Below are positions 18,843-26,992 of a stretch of DNA of 32,000 bases, piece by piece (the first letter of the stretch is position 1; each line of letters begins with the position of its first letter). The stretch spans positions 510,001-542,000 of the forward strand of contig OY969425.1 of NCBI GenBank assembly GCA_963699255.1. The letters are read 5' to 3'. Source of the DNA: an uncultured bacterium. Its GTDB lineage: Bacteria; Margulisbacteria; WOR-1; CAVSGV01. The position numbers and the translations under genes were made by a program. Below the pieces are notes generated by a model. That model saw only the letters and a list, made by a program, of their open reading frames with translations. It made no database searches and was not told the DNA's origin.

Positions 18843-19970
18843 CTACTTGTTAGCGCGTTTTTTTCTTTTTTTTGCATATAGATCGATTCCCAGCGAGTTA
18901 GCGATGATGTTCACGAATTCATACGCCGCATCCGGTTTTCCGATGGTGGCGTTCGCGGCGCGCATCCTGTCATACAGCTCCCTGTCCTTTAATATTCGAT
19001 TAATTTCCCGCAGCAGTACCTCTTTGTTCAGGTCGCCGTCCTTAATAACGATAGATGCGCCAGCTTCTTTCAGGATGTTCGCGTTGCGATCCTGGTGACC
19101 CTCCGCGGAATACGGGAAAGGGATCAAGATCGAAGGGATCTGCCTCGCGATTATCTCTGATATCACAGTGGCTCCCGCACGGGACACAACGAGGTCGCTG
19201 GCCGCAAGGCCGTCCCATATGTTGTACATATATGGGAGCAGATGGTAGAACTGATGATCCTCTTTGACCGCCTCTTTTACCCAGCCATAATCCCTTTCTC
19301 CGCACACATGAATAAGCTGTACGTTCAATTTTGCAAGATCGGGAATGACATCGATAATGACCTTATTGATCGATCTGGCGCCCTGGCTTCCTCCAAGCAC
19401 AAGGATTATTTTCTGGTCCTGGTGAAGCCCCATGTTCTGGATGGCGATGCCCTTGACGGTTTTCGTTATTTCGCGCCTCACGGGCCCTCCGATGCAGTAT
19501 ACCTTTCTCCATCTGAAATATTTCCTCTGGGACTCAAAAGCGATGGTCACGCACGAAGCGAACCATTTGCATATCCTCGTTGAAAGTCCGGGGATCGCAT
19601 TCCCCTCGTGAAGGATGACGGGGATCCGTAGAAAAAAAGCCGCCATCACCACAGGCAGGCTAACGAACCCGCCCGTGGCGACGATGATGTCGGGATCGAA
19701 CGTCCTTAGGATCCTTAAAGAAGCAAAAAATCCGGCAACGGCAAAGAAAGGTGAGGTTATGGCCTTATATGATATTTTCCTAAGCATCCCTCTTGCCTTG
19801 ATGGTCACCAGAGAAAACCTTGCCTCCGGAACTATCTTTTCTTCTATGCCGCCTTCACTGCCGATAAAAAGCAGCTGGCTGTCCAGGAACCTGTCCTGTA
19901 TAGCTTCGGCGATCGCTATCGCGGGATATACGTGGCCTCCGGTCCCGCCGCCGACCATCACTACTTTCAT
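18843..19970 (-). CDS. murG: Undecaprenyldiphospho-muramoylpentapeptide beta-N-acetylglucosaminyltransferase
   Basis: GGGTGGHVYPAIAIAEAI, GGFVSLPVVMAAF, LHEGNAIPGLSTR, LGGSQGARSIN, SRAGATVISEI. Confidence 0.95.
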   Translation of the reverse strand: MKVVMVGGGTGGHVYPAIAIAEAIQDRFLDSQLLFIGSEGGIEEKIVPEARFSLVTIKARGMLRKISYKAITSPFFAVAGFFASLRILRTFDPDIIVATGGFVSLPVVMAAFFLRIPVILHEGNAIPGLSTRICKWFASCVTIAFESQRKYFRWRKVYCIGGPVRREITKTVKGIAIQNMGLHQDQKIILVLGGSQGARSINKVIIDVIPDLAKLNVQLIHVCGERDYGWVKEAVKEDHQFYHLLPYMYNIWDGLAASDLVVSRAGATVISEIIARQIPSILIPFPYSAEGHQDRNANILKEAGASIVIKDGDLNKEVLLREINRILKDRELYDRMRAANATIGKPDAAYEFVNIIANSLGIDLYAKKRKKRANK

Positions 19971-19971
19971 T

Positions 19972-21090
19972 TTATACTTTTTCTCCTTCGATCCCCGGGC
20001 CCCGCTGCACAGGACGGAACCGGGAAATATTAAGCAATAATCCCACGCCGAAAAGCGTCGATATCAATGATGTGCCTCCGTAACTTATAAAAGGAAGCGG
20101 TATCCCGGTCGTTGGAAGGATGCCGACCACAACGCTCATATTAAGTATGGCTTGAAAACCTATCCATGAGACGATCCCTCCGCTTAGAAGCATGGAATAA
20201 GCGTCCGGAGCGCTTCTCGCTATCCTGATCCCTCTTACGATGAACAAAAAGAAAAGCAATATTATGCCAAGAGCGCCTATAAGCCCCATTTCCTCGCAAA
20301 ATATCGCAAAAATGAAATCCGTATAATTCTGCGGCAGATAAAAGAATTTCTGCTTGCTTCCGCCCAAACCCAGACCGAAGATCCCTCCGCTCCCAACGGC
20401 AATTAACGACTGAATGATGTGAAACCCGACCCCCCTTGGGTCCGACCAGGGGTTAAGGTACGCCAAAAGCCTTTTCATCCTGTACGCGCTCGTTAAGCTT
20501 ATGAACAACAACCCGGACAATGAAGCGACAATGACGGCAACAAAATGTCTGATCGGCGTGCCGGCAAGATAAAAGACAGCAAAAGCTATCATAGCGATTA
20601 TCAAGGCCGTTCCAAGGTCCGGCTCTTTTAATATAAGCAGGAAGGCAGCGAGCGTCGCCGCAAGAGAAGGCCAGACAGCCCGGGCAAGAGTTTTGCTCGA
20701 TAGCTCTTTGGCAAGGAATATGATCAAAGCGATCTTTGCCAGTTCCGCAGGCTGGAAAGTGAAAAGGCCGAAATAAACCCACCTTCTGGCTCCGCCCAGC
20801 CCGATACCCGCCCCCGGAATGAAAACGATCAGCAGAAGAAAAAGCGTGATCACGACGATATACGTCGCCCAGTCCTTCAAAACGCCGTAATCCATTTTGA
20901 AACCCGCGTATAAAGCCAGGAATCCGACAAGCAGCGCGGCAAAATGTCTCTTTAGATAATAAAAACTGTCACCTATCCTCATTGCCATTGTTGGGCTCGC
21001 GGAAAAAACCATAAGCATGCCGATCGACAGCAGTGCCGTGACGATAAATAAGAGAATATAGTCCGGATGAGATCTATATGTTTGCGACAA
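19972..21090 (-). CDS. ftsW: Peptidoglycan glycosyltransferase FtsW (SEDS)
   Basis: DYILLFIVTALLSIGMLMVFSASPTMA, LKEPDLGTALIIAMI, TTGIPLPFISYGGTSLISTLFGVGLLLNISR. Track ORF starts at 21186; TTG at 21090 with upstream AGGAAAGG is a plausible start that removes most overlap with murD. Confidence 0.9.
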   Translation of the reverse strand: MSQTYRSHPDYILLFIVTALLSIGMLMVFSASPTMAMRIGDSFYYLKRHFAALLVGFLALYAGFKMDYGVLKDWATYIVVITLFLLLIVFIPGAGIGLGGARRWVYFGLFTFQPAELAKIALIIFLAKELSSKTLARAVWPSLAATLAAFLLILKEPDLGTALIIAMIAFAVFYLAGTPIRHFVAVIVASLSGLLFISLTSAYRMKRLLAYLNPWSDPRGVGFHIIQSLIAVGSGGIFGLGLGGSKQKFFYLPQNYTDFIFAIFCEEMGLIGALGIILLFFLFIVRGIRIARSAPDAYSMLLSGGIVSWIGFQAILNMSVVVGILPTTGIPLPFISYGGTSLISTLFGVGLLLNISRFRPVQRGPGIEGEKV

Positions 21091-22462
21091 TCTTTTTAAA
21101 AACCTTTCCTCTTTCTTCGAAATTCGAGAACATATCAAAACTCGCGCACGCGGGAGACAGCAGTACGGCGTCCCCGTGGCCGGCAAGCCTGTATGAGCGC
21201 TTTACCGCTTCACTAAAACTTTCCGCTTCATGTATCTTCCTGAATCCCGCCTTTCCCAGGCTCTGCCTGAACCTTTTTTTTGACTCTCCTATCAAGACAA
21301 CGTCTTTAACATGTTTTTTGACTTCTTCGCACATCTCGGTCAGGTCGGTCATCTTGTCCCTGCCGCCAAGGATAAGAACGATCTTATGGGCGGGATAAAG
21401 GGTCTTTATCGCCACGATCGTCGAATCGGGGTTCGTGCCTTTGGAATCATTGTAAAAAGAAACACCTCGTGTCGTTTTTACGAATTCTATCCTGTGCTCA
21501 ACGCCCTTAAAGTCCATTAGCGTCTCCCTGACGGACGCGGGAGATACTTTGCACAGCAGAGCCGCCGATACCGCGGCCAGAGCATTTTCTATGTTATGGT
21601 CGCCTTTGATCCGTATTTCATCTATTGCACATATCCTCTTGTTCCCGCAACAAATATAACCGCCTTTTACGGACACGCCGTCATTCAGGGGTTTTTCCCT
21701 GCTAAAAGCGATCTTTCTGCATTTTGCATACCTCGCTATTCCACTCACTCTTTTATCGTCAAAGTTATAGATAAAATAGTCGTTTGGGTCCTGACTCCTG
21801 AATATGGCCGTTTTCACCTTTGTATATTCTTCCATGGTTTTGTGCCTGGTCAGGTGATCTTCGGTGATATTCAAGATGATGCTTACCCAGGGTCTGAATT
21901 TCTGGACCGTTTCCAGCTGATAACTGCTGATCTCGGCAACAACAAAGTCAAGCTTTGAATCGTTCACGGATATCAAAGGGTAACCGATATTGCCGGCAAC
22001 GGCTATATTATAGCCGTAATCCCCCAAGAGTCGCCCTACCAACGCTGTGGTCGTTGTCTTTCCATTGGTCCCCGTGACGGCTATGATCGGTTTTTTAATG
22101 AAAGCACAGGCAAGCTCAATTTCGCCGATGATGGGGATGTTTCTTTTCCTTGCGGTTTTTAGTATCGGGATATCCAGGTGCACGCCCGGGCTGACCACTA
22201 TCAGATCGGTTTTCTCAAGAGCTTTTTCCGTATGACCGCCGAGTTCAAACCGGATGTTCAGTTCCTTTAATGATCTGAGGGCCTTTGGGGCGATCGATCT
22301 TTTCTCTTCCGTCAAGAAAACAAGATCTCTGCCCAGTTTTTCCGCTATTGCGACCCCGCTTTTTCCTGCGCCAAAGACAGTTATTTTCCTTATGTTCTTC
22401 CCCAGGTGGGGTAAATTAATCGCTGGATTTTTCACTTTATAAAACCGTGCTACACCATACAC
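21074..22462 (-). CDS. murD: UDP-N-acetylmuramoylalanine-D-glutamate ligase
   Basis: VTGTNGKTTTTALVGRLL, NITEDHLTRHKTMEEY, VSFYNDSKGTNPDSTIVAI, LLSPACASFDMFSNFEERG. Confidence 0.95.
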   Translation of the reverse strand: MYGVARFYKVKNPAINLPHLGKNIRKITVFGAGKSGVAIAEKLGRDLVFLTEEKRSIAPKALRSLKELNIRFELGGHTEKALEKTDLIVVSPGVHLDIPILKTARKRNIPIIGEIELACAFIKKPIIAVTGTNGKTTTTALVGRLLGDYGYNIAVAGNIGYPLISVNDSKLDFVVAEISSYQLETVQKFRPWVSIILNITEDHLTRHKTMEEYTKVKTAIFRSQDPNDYFIYNFDDKRVSGIARYAKCRKIAFSREKPLNDGVSVKGGYICCGNKRICAIDEIRIKGDHNIENALAAVSAALLCKVSPASVRETLMDFKGVEHRIEFVKTTRGVSFYNDSKGTNPDSTIVAIKTLYPAHKIVLILGGRDKMTDLTEMCEEVKKHVKDVVLIGESKKRFRQSLGKAGFRKIHEAESFSEAVKRSYRLAGHGDAVLLSPACASFDMFSNFEERGKVFKKIVANI

Positions 22463-23396
22463 CCGCTATCGCGAAAATCACTCCCAGTATCACAAATAAG
22501 GTCACAACAAGCGGCTCCGACATTCCGAGAAGCTCGAAATGGTGGTGAAGAGGGGTCATCCTGAAGATCCTCTTCTTGAACATCCTGAAGAAGGAGACCT
22601 GCGCCATTACCGAAAGAGCTTCTATTAGGAAAACCCCGCCTATAACGGCGAGAGCAAGTTCCTTATGAAGGATTATCGCGACTCCGGCAAGCAAAGCTCC
22701 CAGTCCGAGCGATCCCACATCCCCCATAAAGACCTCCGCGGGATAAATGTTGAACCGCAAGAACGCGATCGCGGCGCCGGCGGACGCGGCGCATATGATA
22801 CCGGGATCATTGCTTTGAATGCAGTATGATATTACCGCAAAAGCGGAAAAAGCTATGGCGAGAGTGCCCGCGGCCAGTCCATCCAGCCCGTCAGTCAGAT
22901 TGACCGCGTTAGCCGTTCCAACCACTATAAGGCACGTGAACGGGAAGTAAACCCATGGATTGTTGAAATAAATGAGCTTTAATATCCCCTCAACACTGTC
23001 GTTATGGCCTCTCCAGACAAGTATGGAAGCGAACAGGGCCGCGAACAAGAACTGCCAGAATAATTTCTGCCTGCCTGTTAAGCCTTCGTTCTGCCTTTTC
23101 TGTATCTTTATCAGATCGTCAACGAATCCAAGCGCGGCATATGCCAGAAAAAGCAGCACCAGGGCAAAATATTTCAAGTCTATGTCGATATTGATCAGGA
23201 TGACAACGAATAACAGGATCGTAACAATGATCGGGATCCCGCCCATGGTCGGCGTGCCGGCCTTCATAAGATGCGAAGATGGGCCTTCCTGACGGATATT
23301 CTGTCCTATCCTGAAGACCTTTAATACCCAGATCATCGGGATGCTTATAAGCCAGCAGGCGATCGCCGCAAAAAAGAAAGTTATTACCAAACTCAT
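22437..23396 (-). CDS. mraY: Phospho-N-acetylmuramoyl-pentapeptide-transferase
   Basis: GTPTMGGIPIIV, DDLIKIQKRQNEGL, VGTANAVNLTDGLDGLAAG, GDVGSLGLGALL, RMTPLHHHFEL. Confidence 0.95.
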   Translation of the reverse strand: MSLVITFFFAAIACWLISIPMIWVLKVFRIGQNIRQEGPSSHLMKAGTPTMGGIPIIVTILLFVVILINIDIDLKYFALVLLFLAYAALGFVDDLIKIQKRQNEGLTGRQKLFWQFLFAALFASILVWRGHNDSVEGILKLIYFNNPWVYFPFTCLIVVGTANAVNLTDGLDGLAAGTLAIAFSAFAVISYCIQSNDPGIICAASAGAAIAFLRFNIYPAEVFMGDVGSLGLGALLAGVAIILHKELALAVIGGVFLIEALSVMAQVSFFRMFKKRIFRMTPLHHHFELLGMSEPLVVTLFVILGVIFAIAGVWCSTVL

Positions 23397-23404
23397 AGGC
23401 TGAA

Positions 23405-23433
23405 ATTATAACAAAATAAAAAACCCCCGTCTA
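23405..23433 (-). promoter_or_regulatory. Candidate promoter of the mraY operon
   Basis: Minus strand TAGACG (23428-23433), 17-nt spacer, perfect TATAAT (23405-23410); ATG of mraY ends at 23396. Confidence 0.5.
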
Positions 23434-23454
23434 CCCTAAGATAGACGAGGGTTT
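23421..23454 (-). terminator. Intrinsic terminator of the 23475 OMP gene
   Basis: Minus strand AAACCCTCGTCTAT..GGTAGACGGGGGTTTTTTATTTT: long stem with one mismatch followed by a T-rich tract. Confidence 0.8.
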
Positions 23455-23474
23455 AATAGATCAAAAGGCGTTAA

Positions 23475-24035
23475 TTAGAAATCAAAGTTTATGCCGAACG
23501 ATATTAATGTCGGAAGACCGATCCCGAGCCTGGTCCTGACATTGTCTCCTAATACCCACTCGGAACCCATTTCAGCGTTCAGAATGCCAAGCCCGACATA
23601 ACTCAAGCAGTTTACTCCGAGTTCCGTCCTTACCGCTGACGGAAGGTCCGCGTCGCTAATATTCGGGTTCTTTGTCTTCACCGATTTGACCGCCGCGTTG
23701 ATCTGATCCGGCGAGGGGTTTCCCTTGAACCAGGTCATGCCAAAGCCGATGCCTGAGATCAAGCCGTATTCATCCCTGGGATAGCCGTAATCGTCCTTGT
23801 CAACGAACCCGATGATAGGGCTGCCGCCCAATCCAAGTCCCAATGTGAAGTGCTTGCTTATCACAAGAGGTTTAGCCGTTTCCGGTGCCGGCTGCACTGG
23901 AGGCGGTGGCGGAGGCGTCACTTGCTCTACCGGTATAGGCCTCTCTGTCGTTGGGGCCGGCGCGCCCGCGAACGCTGATGCCTGAAATACGAACATAAGG
24001 ACCATTGCCATGAACACATACTTTGATGCTCTCAT
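23475..24035 (-). CDS. Small outer-membrane protein with signal peptide (paralog of the 2329-2904 gene)
   Basis: Start MRASKYVFMAMVLMFVFQASAFA at 24035 preceded by AAGGGGGTAAAA; shared ISKHFTxGLGxGGSPxIGFVxKDxxGYPxxEYG and identical C-terminal GLPTLISFGINFDF. Confidence 0.75.
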   Translation of the reverse strand: MRASKYVFMAMVLMFVFQASAFAGAPAPTTERPIPVEQVTPPPPPPVQPAPETAKPLVISKHFTLGLGLGGSPIIGFVDKDDYGYPRDEYGLISGIGFGMTWFKGNPSPDQINAAVKSVKTKNPNISDADLPSAVRTELGVNCLSYVGLGILNAEMGSEWVLGDNVRTRLGIGLPTLISFGINFDF

Positions 24036-24073
24036 TTTTACCCCCTTCATAAAATTTCGATCGACTGTTTGGA

Positions 24074-24101
24074 ATTATAAAACATTGAGGAAATTTGTCA
24101 A
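24074..24101 (-). promoter_or_regulatory. Consensus sigma70-type promoter of the 23475 gene
   Basis: Minus strand TTGACA (24096-24101), 16-nt spacer, TATAAT (24074-24079), about 39 nt upstream of the start codon. Confidence 0.8.
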
Positions 24102-24237
24102 GGAGTTTTTCCCCTCGCCTTAATGTCAATTTGTCACAATGAGACCCCGACATAATGTCGGGGGACTCAGCGTCTGTTTATTAAAGGCGGATTCTGAGCG
24201 CCTTCGGCCTAAGAATGACCTGGAGGGATGCCAAAGA

Positions 24238-24265
24238 AAAACCCTTCGATCTCTCGAAGGGTTTT
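24238..24265 (-). terminator. Intrinsic terminator downstream of the 24296 OMP gene
   Basis: Perfect 12-bp stem AAAACCCTTCGA/TCGAAGGGTTTT with loop GAGA on the minus strand, T-rich on both sides. Confidence 0.85.
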
Positions 24266-24295
24266 CTTTTAAGGCCTTTATCAGGACCTCAAATA

Positions 24296-25057
24296 CTAGA
24301 ACATATACGCATAGCCAAGGGAGATGCCGGACACGTTGACCGTATTTTCTTCAAATTTCGGGAATCCACTCTTTGTTGCCCCCGTCCATGACTGATTCTC
24401 TAAATTATATTCAACAAGAATAGCCTGGTCAGCCGCAATAGCAATCGCGCATCCTAAATCGAAAGCCAAACTGGATCCTCCAATGGTGCCGTAATCCAGC
24501 CCTCCAGTCAGCTTTTTACTGCTGGCCTGCGAGAGTGATCTCACAAAAACACCACCGTACGGCACGCAGATCCCCATTTGTTTGCTGACAACATAACCAA
24601 GGGTCATTGTTGTCATGCTCATGCTTGCTGACCCGCCCGCATCAAGCTTTAAGCCTGCATCGGAAGATTCATATCCGAGCACGACTGCGGAATCCGCAGG
24701 CATATATACTGGAAGCGTATATTTGACGCCCAAACCTATCGAACTGCCTGATGACTGTTTTGCATCCACCCTCCCAAAATTTGGGAATGTATCTGAGAAA
24801 TAGGCTGCATTCACATCCAGGTTCTGCATTACCCCGTATTCGGCTCTCAAGCCAAGGCTGTTTGAATCAAAATCAGATGGCTCCGCATCGCTGAGATTCG
24901 CCGCATTACCCTGATGGTTTGTTGTATATATGCCAAGCACTGCCCATTTGCCTGCTCCAACGCTTTTCGCTGTCTGGAAGCTGACATCGGCAAAGCTTGC
25001 TGAGGCCACCAACAATAACGCAACTAAAGTCACTAATATTTTCTTCATAGTTTTCAT
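24296..25057 (-). CDS. Outer-membrane beta-barrel protein, tandem copy A
   Basis: Signal peptide MKKILVTLVALLLVASASFA, alternating hydrophobic strands, C-terminal VSGISLGYAYMF with terminal Phe. Confidence 0.8.
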   Translation of the reverse strand: MKTMKKILVTLVALLLVASASFADVSFQTAKSVGAGKWAVLGIYTTNHQGNAANLSDAEPSDFDSNSLGLRAEYGVMQNLDVNAAYFSDTFPNFGRVDAKQSSGSSIGLGVKYTLPVYMPADSAVVLGYESSDAGLKLDAGGSASMSMTTMTLGYVVSKQMGICVPYGGVFVRSLSQASSKKLTGGLDYGTIGGSSLAFDLGCAIAIAADQAILVEYNLENQSWTGATKSGFPKFEENTVNVSGISLGYAYMF

Positions 25058-25220
25058 CCTTATTTTCTTTCGAAAATCAGGATCTCTTTTTCAACTCCTT
25101 TCATTTATATTATATATGTGTGTTATAGTTTTTGCTATAATTGGCCTCAACGATCGCTCCCATAATAATGCTGAATGACACAATTATTATATCAGAAAAT
25201 CTTTGTCAGAGGGATATTTT

Positions 25221-25319
25221 CCCCTCCCCTAGCCCCTCTCTCGCCACAGGCTTGGAGAGGGAAAACAAAATCCCATAGTTCCCCTTCTTCTATAAATAGG
25301 AGAAGGGCTAGGAATGAGG
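25221..25319. repeat. Nested palindromic intergenic element (REP/MITE-like)
   Basis: Outer CCTAGCCC (25228-25235) and GGGCTAGG (25305-25312); inner hairpins CCCTCTC-TCGCCACAGGCTTG-GAGAGGG and CCCTTCTTCTATAAATAGGAGAAGGG. Confidence 0.6.
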
Positions 25320-25328
25320 TGCCAAAGA

Positions 25329-25356
25329 AAAACCCTTCGATCTCTCGAAGGGTTTT
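25329..25356 (-). terminator. Intrinsic terminator downstream of the 25387 OMP gene, identical to the copy at 24238
   Basis: AAAACCCTTCGATCTCTCGAAGGGTTTT with flanking T-rich tracts. Confidence 0.85.
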
Positions 25357-25386
25357 CTTTTAAGGCCTTTATCAGGACCTCAAATA

Positions 25387-26139
25387 CTAGAACATATACA
25401 CATAGCCAAGAGAGATACCGGACACATTTACTGATGTTACATCAGTTTTATTATTCGGCGCTGGTGCATGCACCTTAGTGTCTGCAAACGCCTGATTCTC
25501 AGTATTATACTCAATGGCTATTGCCTGATTCGCTGCAATCCCTATCATGCAGCCGATATTGAACGCAAGCCCTGTACCGCTCGTTGGATCAACTTTAACT
25601 CCTTGCGATTTGCCCGGATCCTGTGAAAGCATCTTATAGGCAACAGCTCCGTAAGGCATAAAGTTGTTAATCTGTTTGCTGACGATGTAGCCAAGTGATA
25701 TCACCGTTGAGGCTACACTTGTACTTCCTCCAGCATCAAGCTTCAGGCCGATATTCCCTGATTCATACCCAAGGACAACTGCTGTATCAACATCCATGGC
25801 CTTGCCAAGTGAATACTTCACTCCAAGTCCCAGGGTATTTCCTGTCGTCTGCACTGCATCTAACTCTCTTATATTTGGTGTAAGATTATCAAATGAATAT
25901 GCAACAAGCAGATCCATGTCCTTCATAATGCCGTATTCGCCCCTAACGCCAACACTTGTGGAATCAAAATCTTGGGGATCCCCGGCATTACCGATATCGC
26001 CTTGATGATTTGTCGCATACATGCCAAGCACTGCGTATTTGCCCACTCCAACGCTGTTCGCTGTGAGGAAACTGACGCCCGCAAAGCTGGATGATGCAAC
26101 TAACAATAATGCAACTAAAGTTACTAATAATTTCTTCAT
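25387..26139 (-). CDS. Outer-membrane beta-barrel protein, tandem copy B
   Basis: MKKLLVTLVALLLVASSSFAGVSFLTANSVGVGKYAVLGMYATNHQGD parallels copy A; ends VSGISLGYVYMF. Confidence 0.8.
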   Translation of the reverse strand: MKKLLVTLVALLLVASSSFAGVSFLTANSVGVGKYAVLGMYATNHQGDIGNAGDPQDFDSTSVGVRGEYGIMKDMDLLVAYSFDNLTPNIRELDAVQTTGNTLGLGVKYSLGKAMDVDTAVVLGYESGNIGLKLDAGGSTSVASTVISLGYIVSKQINNFMPYGAVAYKMLSQDPGKSQGVKVDPTSGTGLAFNIGCMIGIAANQAIAIEYNTENQAFADTKVHAPAPNNKTDVTSVNVSGISLGYVYMF

Positions 26140-26250
26140 AATTTTCCTCCTTATTTTCTCTCGAAAATCAGGATTTCTTTTTCACCTCCTTTCATTTTAA
26201 ATTGATTAATTCTTTCCATAATCGATCGAGATCAATTATAGTGCCACCCT

Positions 26251-26912
26251 TTATCTTCCTTTGAACAGATTCGTCACAAAATCCGCGGCTATGTCCTTGC
26301 AGCCAAGCCCGAATGCTATGGCGAAAGCAAGCCCTACCGCTCCCACTATGACGCTGAACGACGCCACGATGATCGCGGAAGATATGCCCAGTATTTCCAG
26401 CGCTTTCAAAAACCCGAAAACATTGACGGCATACTGCGATATCTTAGCAAGAGTCTTCGTGTTAGACAGCCCCACATTATTAGCTATGACCGTCACCACG
26501 CCCGCAATCACAACGGACAGCAGAAGGGAAAGCGCCATGATAAAAGCGGCCGCGACCACCATAACGGAATAATTAAGGAGCATGTTCAAAAGGTCCTTTG
26601 AATTTGACGGGCCAAAGGCCATGGCTATAGCCGTGACCGAGATGAAGATCGCGATCCAATAAACCATGTCCCCAAGAAGATCGGAAGGAGATTCTTTATC
26701 TCCCCTCTGGTCAGGAACGGCGTGAACCCGATCGCGGAAAGGCCTTTATCGAGCATTACCGCTTTTAATATGGAGACAACTATGATCTGCAGGCCTTTGG
26801 CGATAAGAAGGGCGATCAGAAGAAGTACCAGGGAAATTATAAGATTGATAAGCAAAGGAGAGATCATGTTCGAAACATCCAGAACTGAACTAAGGATAGC
26901 CTGTAAACTCAT
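26251..26912 (-). pseudogene. Apparently frameshift-split membrane protein with MscS-associated conserved TM helices (two ORF fragments 26625-26912 and 26251-26667)
   Basis: Fragment 1 MSLQAILSSVL..LLINLIISLVLLLIALLIAKGL..EIKNLLPIFLG; fragment 2 MVYWIAIFISV..AVGLAFAIAFGLGCKDIAADFVTNLFKGR. They join at GGGG (26670-26673) by a -1 shift; the combined span of 662 nt is not a multiple of 3. Confidence 0.6.
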
Positions 26913-26992
26913 TATTTTACTCCCCTCTCGTAATTAGACATTGGATAATGGGAAATTGAAAACATGAGAAAGATTAGTTCTGTACCACCCCC

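Noticed and set aside
18843-18877. murC/murG overlap suggested by the track as possible overlapping coding
   Set aside because: murC almost certainly starts at 18835 (MNKIKTVHFVGIGG), so the overlap is an artefact of the longest-ORF start choice.
21091-21186. N-terminal extension of ftsW (MPATGTPYCCLPRARVL...)
   Set aside because: It is the out-of-frame tail of murD and lacks family similarity; a TTG start at 21090 with an SD fits better.
25078-25101. Micro-ORFs (G/TTG AAA AAG ARA TCC TGA) in the OMP leaders as leader peptides
   Set aside because: The putative start codon overlaps or immediately follows the SD-like sequence, leaving no proper spacing; retained only as a side note in the 5' UTR hairpin finding.
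24145-25319. Palindromic intergenic elements considered as a CRISPR array
   Set aside because: Repeats are dissimilar, not regularly spaced, and there are no cas genes.
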